This document shows, in pieces, positions 1 through 10,129 of a stretch of 53,116 nucleotides of DNA. Under the pieces are notes generated by a model. It searched no databases, was not told the origin of the DNA, and saw only the letters and a list, made by a program, of their open reading frames with translations. Source of the stretch: an uncultured Rubrivivax sp. (GTDB taxonomy: Bacteria; Pseudomonadota; Gammaproteobacteria; Burkholderiales; Burkholderiaceae_C). Numbering within the stretch: the stretch's first letter is position 1; each line of letters starts with the position of its first letter. The stretch covers positions 1,906 to 55,021 of the forward strand of contig CAZCJB010000003.1 of the NCBI GenBank assembly GCA_964498795.1, in the 5' to 3' direction. Both the position numbers and the translations under genes were made by a program.

Positions 1-35
1 CTTGTCTGTGTCAGACGCTGAATTCATGCCCCACT

Positions 36-1022
36 TTACTGCTTCTCAATCCGCGCCTCGCGCCCAATGCGTTGGTATTTGGCAATCTCGCGCTCGAGCA
101 ACTCGCGATATTCCTTGGGGCCCATGGTCACGGGGTCCAATGCCACCTTGATGTATTGCTGACGCACATCGTCAGAGGCCACGGCTTTGGCGATTTCTTC
201 ATGCAGCCGTTGCAGCACCGCCGGCGGCGTCCCCGCCGGTGCGAGGATGCTGATCCAGCCATTGAAGTCGAAGTCTTTGTAGCCCAACTCTTGCATGGTC
301 GGCACATCGGGCAGCGCGGGCGAGCGCTTGCCGCTCAACACGGCCAAAGCCTTGGTGCGACCCGCTTGAATCAAACGCGTGGCCGAGCCCAGCGAATCGG
401 GGGCCACACTCAAGCGACCGCCGATGAGGTCGTTGGCGGCCTCGGGGGGACCTTTGTAGGCGATCGGGTTGAGGTCGATGCCGGCCTGCAGGTTCAGCGC
501 CTCCATGGCCACACGGTATAAGCCGGCCGAGTTGGCATAGTTCATGGTGCCAGGCGCCTTTTTGGCAGCAGCCACCAGCTCAGCCACCGACTGATAGGGC
601 GCGTCTTTGGACGCCAGCAACACCAGCGTGGTGCCCGCAATGATCGACACCGGTGCAAAGTCTTTCAGGATGTCAAAGGGCACGCTCTTTTGAATCACGG
701 TGGGCACCACGGTGGCCGAGACGCTGCCCACGACCAAGGTGTGGCCATCGGGAGCCGCACGGGCCACCGCCTGCATGCTCAGTTGGCCATTGGCACCCGG
801 GCGGTTTTCAACCAGCACGGGCTGACCCAAGGGGCCGGCAATTTTTTGGGCCACCAAGCGCGCACTGATGTCCGAGGTTGAGCCTGCGGTGAAGGGCACG
901 ATGAGGGTAATGGGGCGGTTCGGAAAGACACTCTGGGCTTGCGCCCATGAGGGCCATGAGGCCCCAGACAGGCCTAAGGTCAAGGAAAGAACCAAAGCGC
1001 GGCGGGTGAATCCAAACTGCAT
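36..1022 (-). CDS. Bug/TctC family tripartite tricarboxylate transporter substrate-binding protein
   Basis: Signal peptide, then FPNRPITLIVPF..G..SD..AR and VENRPGANG, PDG.TL, YKG motifs. Start placed at ATG 1022 because AGGAG lies just upstream. Confidence 0.93.
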   Translation of the reverse strand: MQFGFTRRALVLSLTLGLSGASWPSWAQAQSVFPNRPITLIVPFTAGSTSDISARLVAQKIAGPLGQPVLVENRPGANGQLSMQAVARAAPDGHTLVVGSVSATVVPTVIQKSVPFDILKDFAPVSIIAGTTLVLLASKDAPYQSVAELVAAAKKAPGTMNYANSAGLYRVAMEALNLQAGIDLNPIAYKGPPEAANDLIGGRLSVAPDSLGSATRLIQAGRTKALAVLSGKRSPALPDVPTMQELGYKDFDFNGWISILAPAGTPPAVLQRLHEEIAKAVASDDVRQQYIKVALDPVTMGPKEYRELLEREIAKYQRIGREARIEKQ

Positions 1023-1145
1023 GAAGGTCTCCTGGGGGAAGCGTCGTTCCTTCGTATTGTCCAATGGTTGGACCTATGGTGGGCTCGGGGTTTCCCGGTG
1101 GTGCGCAGGAGGGGGAGATGGCCGCGCTGCGCTCGCCATGACGGT

Positions 1146-1193
1146 GGCGCGTGGAGTCGACGACGGGGCGCGTGGAGTCGATGACGGGGCGCG
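1146..1193. repeat. 21-bp tandem repeat, about 2.3 copies (GGCGCGTGGAGTCGAYGACGG)
   Basis: Copies at 1146-1166 and 1167-1187 differ by one base; a partial third copy follows at 1188-1193. Confidence 0.85.
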
Positions 1194-1237
1194 ATGGCCC
1201 ATGATGGGCTGCGGGTGCTCAAGGAATCTGAGTGAAT

Positions 1238-1386
1238 TACAATCTCATCCGCACCGCGCTGGTCCAGTCCTCGCACGTGCAGTCAATTCTGACACCTTGA
1301 AATCCTCTGCTGTGACTGGTGCTCGCCCCTCGGGTTGAGCTGCGAGCAGAGTCTGGCGCCACATCTGGGCGCTGAAATGAGACCCC
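1238..1386 (+). promoter_or_regulatory. Putative -10 element (TACAAT) and long structured 5' leader of rhlE
   Basis: TACAAT at 1238-1243. Nested stems CTCTGCT(1305-1311)/AGCAGAG(1345-1351) and GCTC/GAGC, plus a GCGCC/GGCGC hairpin at 1356-1372. Confidence 0.4.
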
Positions 1387-2679
1387 ATGAAATTTGCTGA
1401 CCTCGGCCTGGCCGAGCCTCTCCTGCGCGCGGTTCACGAGCAGGGCTATGACACCCCCACCCCCATTCAAGCGCAGGCCATCCCGGCCGTGCTGAAGGGT
1501 GGCGACTTGATGGCCGGCGCGCAGACCGGTACTGGCAAGACCGCTGGCTTCACCTTGCCCATGCTGCATCGCCTGTCGAGCGTACCTCCCAAGCGCGATG
1601 CCAAAGGGCGCATTGCGATCCGGGCGCTCATCCTCACGCCCACGCGCGAACTCGCTGCCCAGGTCGAAGAAAGTGTTCGTACCTACGGAAAACATCTTCG
1701 CCTGACCAGCATGGTGATGTTTGGCGGCGTGGGCATGCAGCCGCAGATCGACCGCCTTCGCAAGGGCATCGACATCTTGGTGGCCACCCCGGGCCGCTTG
1801 CTCGATCACCATGGTCAAGGCACCCTGGACCTGAGCCACGTAGAAATCTTCGTGCTGGACGAAGCCGACCGCATGCTGGACATGGGCTTCATCCACGACA
1901 TCAAGAAGGTGTTGGCCATCGTGCCCGCCAAGAAGCAAAGCCTGCTGTTCTCAGCCACCTTCAGTGATGAGATCAAGGCCCTGGCGGACCGCCTCTTGAA
2001 TCAACCCGCGCTGATCGAAGTGGCACGTCGCAATGCCGCGGCCGACACGATTGCGCAAAAGGTGCACCCCGTGGGGCGGGATCGCAAGAAAGAGCTGCTG
2101 GCACACCTGATTCGCAGCGGCAATTGGCACCAGGTGCTCGTGTTCACCCGCATGAAGCATGGCGCCAATCGCTTGACCGAGTACCTCAACGACCATGGCA
2201 TCTCGGCCATGGCCATCCATGGCAACAAGAGCCAGACCGCGCGCACCAAGGCCTTGGCCGACTTCAAGAAAGGCGATTTGCAGGTGCTGGTGGCCACCGA
2301 CATCGCCGCTCGCGGCATTGACATCGACCAGCTGCCTCACGTGGTGAATTTTGAGCTGCCCAACGTGCCGGAGGACTATGTGCATCGCATCGGTCGCACC
2401 GGGCGCGCCGGAGCCACTGGGGAAGCCGTCTCACTGGTGTGCGTGGACGAAGAGGGCTTCTTGAAGGACATTGAGCGCCTCATCAAACGCAGCATCCCAC
2501 GTGCGGTGGTCGCAGGCTTTGAGCCTCCGGCAGGTGAAAAGGCCGAGCCGATTGTCCTGGGTCGTCGCATGACCTTAGGGGGGGCGCCAGCGTCACGTCA
2601 GCGTAGGATGCACACTTCTGGCCATGGTCGACCTTCCAACCCCTCTTCACCCTCGCGACGCCCTGTTCGATCCCGGTGA
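1387..2679 (+). CDS. rhlE: DEAD-box ATP-dependent RNA helicase RhlE
   Basis: Q motif, [21 protein letters not shown] and HRIGRTGR motifs; basic C-terminal tail. Confidence 0.93.
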   Translation: MKFADLGLAEPLLRAVHEQGYDTPTPIQAQAIPAVLKGGDLMAGAQTGTGKTAGFTLPMLHRLSSVPPKRDAKGRIAIRALILTPTRELAAQVEESVRTYGKHLRLTSMVMFGGVGMQPQIDRLRKGIDILVATPGRLLDHHGQGTLDLSHVEIFVLDEADRMLDMGFIHDIKKVLAIVPAKKQSLLFSATFSDEIKALADRLLNQPALIEVARRNAAADTIAQKVHPVGRDRKKELLAHLIRSGNWHQVLVFTRMKHGANRLTEYLNDHGISAMAIHGNKSQTARTKALADFKKGDLQVLVATDIAARGIDIDQLPHVVNFELPNVPEDYVHRIGRTGRAGATGEAVSLVCVDEEGFLKDIERLIKRSIPRAVVAGFEPPAGEKAEPIVLGRRMTLGGAPASRQRRMHTSGHGRPSNPSSPSRRPVRSR

Positions 2680-3631
2680 GCCGGCGGCCACTCCCTTGCC
2701 CGTGTGTGACCACTACGCGGGCGTGGAAGTGCGCATGCGCAAGAGCCTGGAGCTGCAGGCGCAATTAGGTCCAGTGTTCGACGTGACCCTGGACGCTGAA
2801 GACGGCGCTCCGGTTGGCGGAGAGATGGAACACATCGAGTTGATGGCCGAGCTGCTCAACGGCCCTGGCAATCGGTTTGGTCGCGTGGGCGCTCGGGTCA
2901 AGCCCGTGGACCACCCCAAGTTCGCCGACATGGTGGACCGCTTGGTCGCGCTGGCTGGTGCCCGACTGCCCTACTTGATGATCCCCAAAGTGAGGAGCGT
3001 GGCCGATGTGGATCGGGCAGCCGCGGCGGTAGACCACGCCTGTCAACGTCATGGTGTGAGCCGCTTTATCCCACTGCACACCTTGGCAGAAACGCACGGT
3101 GCTGTGCGCGACATCGACGCAATCGCGGCGCATGCGCGAGTCGAATCGGTGTCATTTGGGTTGATGGACTTCGTGTCGGCGCACCGCGGCGCGATCCCGC
3201 AATCGGCCATGGGGGTGCAAGGGCAGTTTGAGCACCCGTTGGTGCTGCGCGCCAAGCTGGAAATTGCCGCCGCGTGCCACGCACATGGCAAGACGCCCTC
3301 GCATTGCGTGGTGACCGAATTCAAAGACACCAAGTCGCTGGCTGCTGCCGCCGACAAAGCCATGCGCACCCTGGGCTACACCCGCATGTGGAGCATCCAC
3401 CCCTCTCAAATCATCACCATCGTGGAAGCTTTCGCGCCCACTGTGGCCGAGGTGGACCAGGCCGTGGAGATTTTGCTGGACGCCCAAGACGCCCAGTGGG
3501 CCCCCATCCGGCACCAAGACACCCTGCACGACCGCGCCAGCTACCGCTACTTTTGGCATGTGCTGGAGCGGGCCCACCGCACAGGTCAACCTCTGCCTGC
3601 CGAGGTGGTCGCCCGGTTTTTCAGCCCCTGA
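2624..3631 (+). CDS. HpcH/HpaI aldolase / citrate lyase beta (CitE-like) family protein
   Basis: [25 protein letters not shown] and WSIHPSQI motifs; directly upstream of acnB as in betaproteobacterial TCA clusters. Confidence 0.85.
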   Translation: MVDLPTPLHPRDALFDPGEPAATPLPVCDHYAGVEVRMRKSLELQAQLGPVFDVTLDAEDGAPVGGEMEHIELMAELLNGPGNRFGRVGARVKPVDHPKFADMVDRLVALAGARLPYLMIPKVRSVADVDRAAAAVDHACQRHGVSRFIPLHTLAETHGAVRDIDAIAAHARVESVSFGLMDFVSAHRGAIPQSAMGVQGQFEHPLVLRAKLEIAAACHAHGKTPSHCVVTEFKDTKSLAAAADKAMRTLGYTRMWSIHPSQIITIVEAFAPTVAEVDQAVEILLDAQDAQWAPIRHQDTLHDRASYRYFWHVLERAHRTGQPLPAEVVARFFSP

Positions 3632-3663
3632 TTCACCTTTGGGCCGATGGGCCTTTCTTCCAA

Positions 3664-3677
3664 GTCTTATATAAGAC
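3664..3677. promoter_or_regulatory. Perfect palindromic operator GTCTTATATAAGAC (SdhR/GntR-type TCA-cycle operator)
   Basis: Perfect 14-bp palindrome in an AT-rich gap about 50 bp upstream of acnB. It matches, from recall, the core of the predicted betaproteobacterial SdhR site. Confidence 0.7.
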
Positions 3678-3729
3678 ATAATACCCTGGTAATAACCCTG
3701 ATCACCCTAGACACACGCGAGGTTCCCCA

Positions 3730-6315
3730 ATGCTTGAAGCCTATCGCCAACATGTCGCCGAGCGCGCCGCACTCGGCATCCCCGCACTGCCTCTGTCGGC
3801 CCAGCAAACCGCCGATCTCATCGAGCTGATCAAAGCGCCCCCCAAGGGCGAAGAGGCTTACTTGGTCGACCTCCTGACCCACCGTGTGCCTCCGGGCGTC
3901 GACGACGCCGCCAAGGTCAAGGCGTCGTTCTTGTCGGCCGTCGCCCACGGCGACCTCCCGGTGGGTCTGATTCCTCGTGTCAAGGCCACCGAGCTGCTCG
4001 GCACGATGGTAGGGGGCTACAACGTCAAGCCCTTGATCGACTTGCTCGACGATGCAGAAGTGGCGCAAACCGCCGCAGCCGGCCTGAAAAAGACCTTGCT
4101 GATGTTTGACTACTTTCACGATGTGGCTGAGAAAGCCAAAGCTGGCAATGCGCTGGCGCAAGCTGTGGTGAAGAGTTGGGCAGAGGCCGAGTGGTTCACT
4201 TCGCGTCCCGAAGTCGCGCGATCCATCACGGTCACCGTCTTGAAGGTCACTGGCGAAACCAACACGGACGATCTATCGCCTGCCCCGGATGCATGGAGCC
4301 GCCCCGACATCCCGCTGCACGCCCTGGCGATGCTAAAGAACACGCGCGCTGGCATCACACCCGAAGAAGACGGCAAGCGCGGCCCCATTTCATTTATTGA
4401 GGACCTGAAGAAGAAGGGCCACCTCGTGGCCTACGTGGGCGATGTGGTCGGCACGGGTTCGAGCCGCAAGAGCGCTACCAACAGCGTCATTTGGCACACC
4501 GGCGAGGACATCCCCTTTGTCCCGAATAAACGTTTTGGTGGCGTGACTTTGGGGGGCAAGATAGCGCCCATCTTCTTCAACACCCAAGAGGACTCTGGCG
4601 CCTTGCCCATTGAGGTTGATGTGTCCGCCTTGAACATGGGTGATGTCATCGATATCCGACCCTACGACGGCAAGATCGTCAAGGACGGTCAAACGGTGGC
4701 TGAATTCAAGCTCAAAAGCGATGTGTTATTCGACGAAGTACGCGCTGGCGGACGCATCAATTTGATCATTGGTCGCTCGCTGACGGCCAAGGCTCGCGAC
4801 TTCCTGAAGCTGCCCGCCAGCACGGTCTTTCGTCTTCCGCAAGCACCGGCCACGTCAATCAAAGGGTTCACGCTGGCGCAGAAGATGGTGGGACGTGCCT
4901 GCGGATTGGCCGAAGGGCAAGGGGTGCGGCCCGGCACTTACTGCGAGCCGCGCATGACATCCGTGGGCAGTCAGGACACAACCGGGCCCATGACTCGTGA
5001 TGAGCTCAAGGATTTGGCCTGCCTCGGATTCTCAGCCGACTTGGTGATGCAGAGCTTTTGTCACACGGCTGCCTACCCGAAAGCGGTGGACGTCAAGATG
5101 CATCATGAGCTGCCCAGTTTCATCAGCAGTCGCGGGGGCGTTGCGCTGCGTCCGGGCGACGGCGTGATCCACAGTTGGCTCAACCGTATGGTGCTTCCTG
5201 ACACGGTGGGCACGGGTGGAGATTCGCACACGCGGTTTCCCATTGGGATCAGCTTCCCTGCGGGCTCAGGCCTGGTTGCGTTTGGCGCAGCCACGGGCGT
5301 GATGCCCTTGGACATGCCTGAGAGCGTTCTGGTGCGCTTCACCGGCAAGATGCAGCCAGGCATCACCTTGCGTGATCTGGTGCATGCGATTCCGCTGTTT
5401 GCCATCAAGAAAGGCTTGCTGACGGTGGCCAAGCAGGGCAAAAAGAATGAGTTCTCAGGCCGCATATTGGAGATCGAAGGGTTGCCGGACCTGAAGGTGG
5501 AGCAGGCGTTCGAGCTCAGCGACGCCAGTGCTGAGCGCAGTGCGGCGGGTTGCACCGTGCGCTTGAACAAGGAGCCGGTCATCGAATATCTCAAGAGCAA
5601 CATCGTGCTGTTGAAGAACATGATTGCACAAGGCTACCAAGACAAGCGAAGTTTGGAGCGCCGCATCCACAAGATGGAAGAGTGGCTGGCCCAGCCCACG
5701 CTGCTCGAGCCCGATGCCAATGCCGACTATGCGCATGTGCTGGAGATCGACATGAACTCCATCACCGAGCCCATCTTGTGCTGCCCGAACGACCCGGACG
5801 ACGCCAAGTTCCTGTCGGAGGTGGCAGGCACCAAGATTGACGAGGCCTTCATCGGTTCTTGCATGACCAACATCGGCCACTTCCGCGCAGCCAGCAAGCT
5901 GCTCGAGGGCAAGCGTGACATTCCCGTCAAGCTGTGGGTAGCGCCACCCACCAAGATGGACCAGGAGGAGCTGACCAAAGAAGGCCACTACGCCAACTTT
6001 GGTGCGGCCGGTGCACGCACCGAAATGCCGGGCTGCAGCCTGTGCATGGGCAACCAAGCCCAAGTGCGTGAAGGCGCGACGGTGGTCTCTACCAGCACGC
6101 GCAACTTCCCCAACCGCCTGGGCAAAAACACCAACGTGTATCTCGCTTCGGCCGAGCTCGCTGCCATCGCATCGCGCCTGGGGCGTTTGCCGACCGTGGC
6201 CGAGTACCACGCCGACATGGGCGTGATCAACGCCGATGGGGCCAAGGTGTATCGCTACATGAACTTTGACCAGATCGAAGAGTACGCCGAGGTGGCCAAG
6301 GAAGTCGCCGTTTGA
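3730..6315 (+). CDS. acnB: Aconitate hydratase B / 2-methylisocitrate dehydratase
   Basis: 861 aa; [18 protein letters not shown]-terminus; [27 protein letters not shown] and CSLCMGNQ (Fe-S ligand) motifs. Confidence 0.98.
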   Translation: MLEAYRQHVAERAALGIPALPLSAQQTADLIELIKAPPKGEEAYLVDLLTHRVPPGVDDAAKVKASFLSAVAHGDLPVGLIPRVKATELLGTMVGGYNVKPLIDLLDDAEVAQTAAAGLKKTLLMFDYFHDVAEKAKAGNALAQAVVKSWAEAEWFTSRPEVARSITVTVLKVTGETNTDDLSPAPDAWSRPDIPLHALAMLKNTRAGITPEEDGKRGPISFIEDLKKKGHLVAYVGDVVGTGSSRKSATNSVIWHTGEDIPFVPNKRFGGVTLGGKIAPIFFNTQEDSGALPIEVDVSALNMGDVIDIRPYDGKIVKDGQTVAEFKLKSDVLFDEVRAGGRINLIIGRSLTAKARDFLKLPASTVFRLPQAPATSIKGFTLAQKMVGRACGLAEGQGVRPGTYCEPRMTSVGSQDTTGPMTRDELKDLACLGFSADLVMQSFCHTAAYPKAVDVKMHHELPSFISSRGGVALRPGDGVIHSWLNRMVLPDTVGTGGDSHTRFPIGISFPAGSGLVAFGAATGVMPLDMPESVLVRFTGKMQPGITLRDLVHAIPLFAIKKGLLTVAKQGKKNEFSGRILEIEGLPDLKVEQAFELSDASAERSAAGCTVRLNKEPVIEYLKSNIVLLKNMIAQGYQDKRSLERRIHKMEEWLAQPTLLEPDANADYAHVLEIDMNSITEPILCCPNDPDDAKFLSEVAGTKIDEAFIGSCMTNIGHFRAASKLLEGKRDIPVKLWVAPPTKMDQEELTKEGHYANFGAAGARTEMPGCSLCMGNQAQVREGATVVSTSTRNFPNRLGKNTNVYLASAELAAIASRLGRLPTVAEYHADMGVINADGAKVYRYMNFDQIEEYAEVAKEVAV

Positions 6316-6336
6316 GCGACGGTGGTGCACTGGGGG

Positions 6337-6411
6337 GAGATTGCCACGGCCCTTTGGGCCTCGCAATGACAGAAATTTGTCATTGCGAGGAACGCAGTGA
6401 CGAAGCAACCT
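6337..6411. repeat. REP-like palindromic element of the GTCATTGCGAG family (two inverted half-units)
   Basis: Perfect 13-bp inverted repeat CCTCGCAATGACA(6359-6371)/TGTCATTGCGAGG(6378-6390), flanked by GAGATTGCCAC.. and ..GACGAAGCAACCT arms. Confidence 0.75.
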
Positions 6412-6418
6412 TCAACCC

Positions 6419-7855
6419 ATGAGCGCCCCCCTTACCTTCTACTGGCACGACTACGAGACCTTTGGCCGTGTGCCACGGCGTGATCGCCCGGCACAGTTCG
6501 CGGGCGTGCGCACCGATGCCGATCTGAACGAGATCGGTGCGCCGCTGACGCTGTATTGCCACCCTCCGCTCGACCACCTGCCCGACCCGGAAAGCTGCCT
6601 GCTCACGGGCATCTTGCCGCAGCATTGCGCTCAACGCGGACTGCCAGAGCATGAATTCGCCGCCGCCATCGAGCGCGAGCTCGCGCAGCCCGGCACCGTG
6701 GGCGTGGGCTACAACAGCATTGGCTTTGATGACGAGGTGACGCGCTTTTTATTCTGGCGCAACCTGATCGAGCCCTACGCGCGCGAGTGGCAAAACGACT
6801 GTGGTCGGTGGGACTTGCTGGATACCGTGCGTTGTGCCTTTGCCCTTCGTCCCGAGGGCGTTGAATGGCCCAAGAACGGCGAGGGCCGACACAGCTTCAA
6901 ACTTGAATTGCTGACGCATGCCAATGGGCTGGTGCATGATGCGGCACACGACGCTCTGTCTGATGTGCGAGCGACGATCGCGCTGGCACGTTTGATCAGG
7001 CAGCGTGTACCCCGTTTGTGGGACTTCTGCCTGCGCTTGCGCAGCAAGCAGGCGGTGAAGGCCGAGTTGGTGCTGGGCAAGCCCGTGCTGCATGTGTCGG
7101 GACGCTACCCCGTGGAGCGCGGTTGCCTGGCCGTGGTGTGGGCACTGGCGCCCCACCCCAGCCGGCCCAATGAGGTCATCGTCTGGGACTTGGCGCAAGA
7201 CCCCACCGTCTTGACTTCGCTGTCGGCGCAGGAGATTCGGCAACGCCTCTTCAGCCGCACGGCCGACCTGCCCGAGGGCGTGACGCGCCTGCCGATCAAG
7301 ACCATTCACCTCAACCAATCTCCGGTGGTAATTTCCAATCTCAAGACCTTGTCACCGGCCATGGCCGAGCGCTGGGGCGTGGATTGGTCAACCATTGATC
7401 GACATGCGCTGGCAGCCGGCGCGGTGATGGGCGAAATGGCTGGGGTGTGGGACGAAGTGTTCAAGAGCGCACCCGCCACGGCGCCGGTGGATGTAGATGA
7501 AGATCTGTATGGCGGATTCTTGTCCGACGACGATCGGCGCGGGCTGCAACGCCTTCGCAGCCTGGATCCCTTGCAGCTCGCTCGAGAGCGGCCCATGTGG
7601 AAAGACGAGCGCCTGGAGGAGTTGGTGTTCCGCTATCGCGCACGGAATTACCCGAGCACCTTGAACGAGGAAGAGTTGCAGCGGTGGTATGCGCACCGCA
7701 GACATCGGCTGTTGACCGCTTCAATGCCGAATGCGCAAGATCCGATTTCAGCCTTTTTTGACCGCTTGGATGCGCTGGGTGAATCCGCCGACGACCGCGG
7801 CCAGGAGATCTTGGCGGCGTTGTATGACTGGGCCGAGCAGATTGCGCCGGAATAG
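6419..7855 (+). CDS. sbcB: Exodeoxyribonuclease I
   Basis: WHDYETFG, RPAQFAG, GYNS..FDDE and AHDALSDV DEDDh motifs; 478 aa. Confidence 0.96.
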   Translation: MSAPLTFYWHDYETFGRVPRRDRPAQFAGVRTDADLNEIGAPLTLYCHPPLDHLPDPESCLLTGILPQHCAQRGLPEHEFAAAIERELAQPGTVGVGYNSIGFDDEVTRFLFWRNLIEPYAREWQNDCGRWDLLDTVRCAFALRPEGVEWPKNGEGRHSFKLELLTHANGLVHDAAHDALSDVRATIALARLIRQRVPRLWDFCLRLRSKQAVKAELVLGKPVLHVSGRYPVERGCLAVVWALAPHPSRPNEVIVWDLAQDPTVLTSLSAQEIRQRLFSRTADLPEGVTRLPIKTIHLNQSPVVISNLKTLSPAMAERWGVDWSTIDRHALAAGAVMGEMAGVWDEVFKSAPATAPVDVDEDLYGGFLSDDDRRGLQRLRSLDPLQLARERPMWKDERLEELVFRYRARNYPSTLNEEELQRWYAHRRHRLLTASMPNAQDPISAFFDRLDALGESADDRGQEILAALYDWAEQIAPE

Positions 7856-7864
7856 TCGCTTGCC

Positions 7865-10105
7865 CTACTTGGTCTTGAACTGCGTCGACCCGTCCCAGTC
7901 TTCCCCCAATGCGGCTCCCTCGCGTTCCATGGCCTCGACGCGGGACTGGTACAGCGCGTAGAGTTTTTTCTGGGGATGCTGTTGCTGCAAAGCCGCCAAC
8001 CCCTCGCGTGCCGAGGACCAGGCTTGATGCCGGTAGTGCACCAAGACCTCATTCCATTGCCACAACTCCTCTTGCGTCTGCGCATCCAATTGCGCCTCCG
8101 TGCACAAGGGCTCGTAAATGGCGACGGCCTGATCCTTGCCTTTGACCTTGACACGGTCCACCTCTCGGCACACCCAACCTTGTAAAGCCTGGCGGGTGTC
8201 GTGCCCAATCAGCACGCCCACGCCATACACCTTGGTCAGGCCCTCGAGCCGTGACGCGAGATTGACCGCATCACCCATGACGGTGTAGGCCTTGCGTACG
8301 TTGGAGCCCATGTCACCGACAACCATCGGGCCGGTGTTGACGCCCACGCCAATGGCCAGGGGCGGCCAGCCTCGGGCCACAAAGTCTTCACTCAAGCGCC
8401 GAGCGGATGCTTGCATGTCGAGGGCCGCACGCACGGCATGTTGGGCATGGTCATGGTCTGACACTGGCGCGCCCCAGAAGGCCATGACCGCATCGCCGAT
8501 GTATTTGTCCAAGGTCCCTTGATGCTGTACTTTGATGACTCGGCTCATCTCGGACAGGTAGACATTGATCCATTCAGCCAGTTGTGCAGGAGTCAGCTTT
8601 TCAGACGTGGATGTGAAGTCACGCACGTCGACAAACATCACGCTCAGTGTCTTTTCCAACGCAGCCATGCTGTAGGCCTGAGGCTGCTGGGCCATCTTTT
8701 CCACGAGCTCGGGGGGCACGTAGTACGCAAAGAGACGCGTCATTTCTCTGAAGCCCCGAGACTCTACAAAGAAGCCAAAAGTCATCTGAAACACAAACAC
8801 AGCGCACAAGCACATCAGCGCCGCGGCCATGGGCACCACCAAATGCAGGCTCGTCACCAAGCCGCCTGAGGCAGCGGCGAGCAAGCCCACCAGCAGCAGG
8901 AGCACCAGCACCTGAGGCACCGGCTTGAGCCGCGCACCTGCGACCATCATCAGCAAGCCCACCACGCAGACCGCCAGCGCCTGAATGCCTTGGACATAAG
9001 CGGGCGTCATCAACACCGAACCATCCAGGGCTGCAGAGATCAGATTGGCGTGAACCTCGACCCCTGGAAAGCTCACGCCCATGGGCGTGGTGACCAAGTC
9101 TGACAACCCTGCCGCAGAAGTCCCCACGAGAACGATTCGGTTCTTCAAGCTGTCTTTGGGTACGCGGCCTTGCAGCACATCCACTGCCGACACGTAGGTG
9201 TAGGTTCGCGCCGGTCCGCGAAATGGAATGGCGGCATTCAATGCGCCGTCCACGGGCAACTCCAACGGCCCAATCTGCACCGATTCCACGCGTCGGTCAC
9301 CACGCCCGTAGTCGGCCACGCCCATGCCCAAGTCAGGAGAGCCGGTGAGGACCTGCAGGGCCGCTACCGCCAATGCCGGGTAGTACCGGTCTTGGTATTC
9401 GACCAGCAAGGGCACGCGACGGGTCACCCCGTCTGGATCGCGCAGCGGGTTAAGGTGTCCGATCGCCGCCGCTCGGGCCTGCAATAAAGCCACAGGTGCG
9501 GTGCAGCTGGGGTAAGACTGGGCGCGCAAACGCTGCAGGCCCCACACAGACGGGTGGTGTCCAGGTGGCAACTCGGCCGCTCCCGACTGGGGGTCGTTGT
9601 GAAAAGCCATCCCCAACACCACAGGCCCCACCTGCATCGCCTGCCCCAATACCTCGTCAAATTCCAACCGTGGCCTCAGCCGATTCAGTGCGGACTGAAA
9701 CCCTGGATTGGTCTGGAGCTCTCCTCGGCCCAAGGCCTCCAGCACAGGCAATCCCGAGGACTGATCTCGCTCTGACAGGATCAGGTCCAAGGCCACCAGC
9801 GACGCGCCTTGATCGCTGAACAAGGATTGAATCAAGGCCGCCAGCCTGTCGCGGGGCCAAGGCCAGCGCCCCTCTCCTCCTCGAGATCGTTCACGCAAAC
9901 TCTTTTCATCAATGTCGACGATGGCCAAACGTTCATCAGGCGTGCGCGGCGACAGCCATTGAACGTGCAGGTCATAGAGCATCGAATCCAGGGTGGAAAC
10001 CAGGGGCACGCGAATGGCACCCGCGACATGGGCGAGCATGAGGGCCACCAAGACCGCGCTTGACAGCGTTCGGATCAGGGCGTGACGCATCCAGGGCCGC
10101 TCCAC
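7865..10105 (-). CDS. CHASE2-domain membrane adenylate/guanylate cyclase
   Basis: IVDIDEKSL..WPWPR, DPDGVTRR and PGVEVHAN (CHASE2); three TM helices; class III cyclase motifs FVDVRDFT, DKYIGDA, YTVMGDAVNLASRLE. Confidence 0.93.
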   Translation of the reverse strand: MERPWMRHALIRTLSSAVLVALMLAHVAGAIRVPLVSTLDSMLYDLHVQWLSPRTPDERLAIVDIDEKSLRERSRGGEGRWPWPRDRLAALIQSLFSDQGASLVALDLILSERDQSSGLPVLEALGRGELQTNPGFQSALNRLRPRLEFDEVLGQAMQVGPVVLGMAFHNDPQSGAAELPPGHHPSVWGLQRLRAQSYPSCTAPVALLQARAAAIGHLNPLRDPDGVTRRVPLLVEYQDRYYPALAVAALQVLTGSPDLGMGVADYGRGDRRVESVQIGPLELPVDGALNAAIPFRGPARTYTYVSAVDVLQGRVPKDSLKNRIVLVGTSAAGLSDLVTTPMGVSFPGVEVHANLISAALDGSVLMTPAYVQGIQALAVCVVGLLMMVAGARLKPVPQVLVLLLLVGLLAAASGGLVTSLHLVVPMAAALMCLCAVFVFQMTFGFFVESRGFREMTRLFAYYVPPELVEKMAQQPQAYSMAALEKTLSVMFVDVRDFTSTSEKLTPAQLAEWINVYLSEMSRVIKVQHQGTLDKYIGDAVMAFWGAPVSDHDHAQHAVRAALDMQASARRLSEDFVARGWPPLAIGVGVNTGPMVVGDMGSNVRKAYTVMGDAVNLASRLEGLTKVYGVGVLIGHDTRQALQGWVCREVDRVKVKGKDQAVAIYEPLCTEAQLDAQTQEELWQWNEVLVHYRHQAWSSAREGLAALQQQHPQKKLYALYQSRVEAMEREGAALGEDWDGSTQFKTK

Positions 10106-10129
10106 AAGATCGACGGCCAGTTCCTCACC

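Noticed and set aside
1146-1193. Possible mini CRISPR array
   Set aside because: The repeats are directly adjacent, with no spacers and no cas genes.
5455-6408. Long antisense ORFs (e.g. 5455-6408, 22729-23856, 35714-36580, 43402-44196)
   Set aside because: These are typical high-GC shadow ORFs opposite well-supported genes, with no recognisable motifs.
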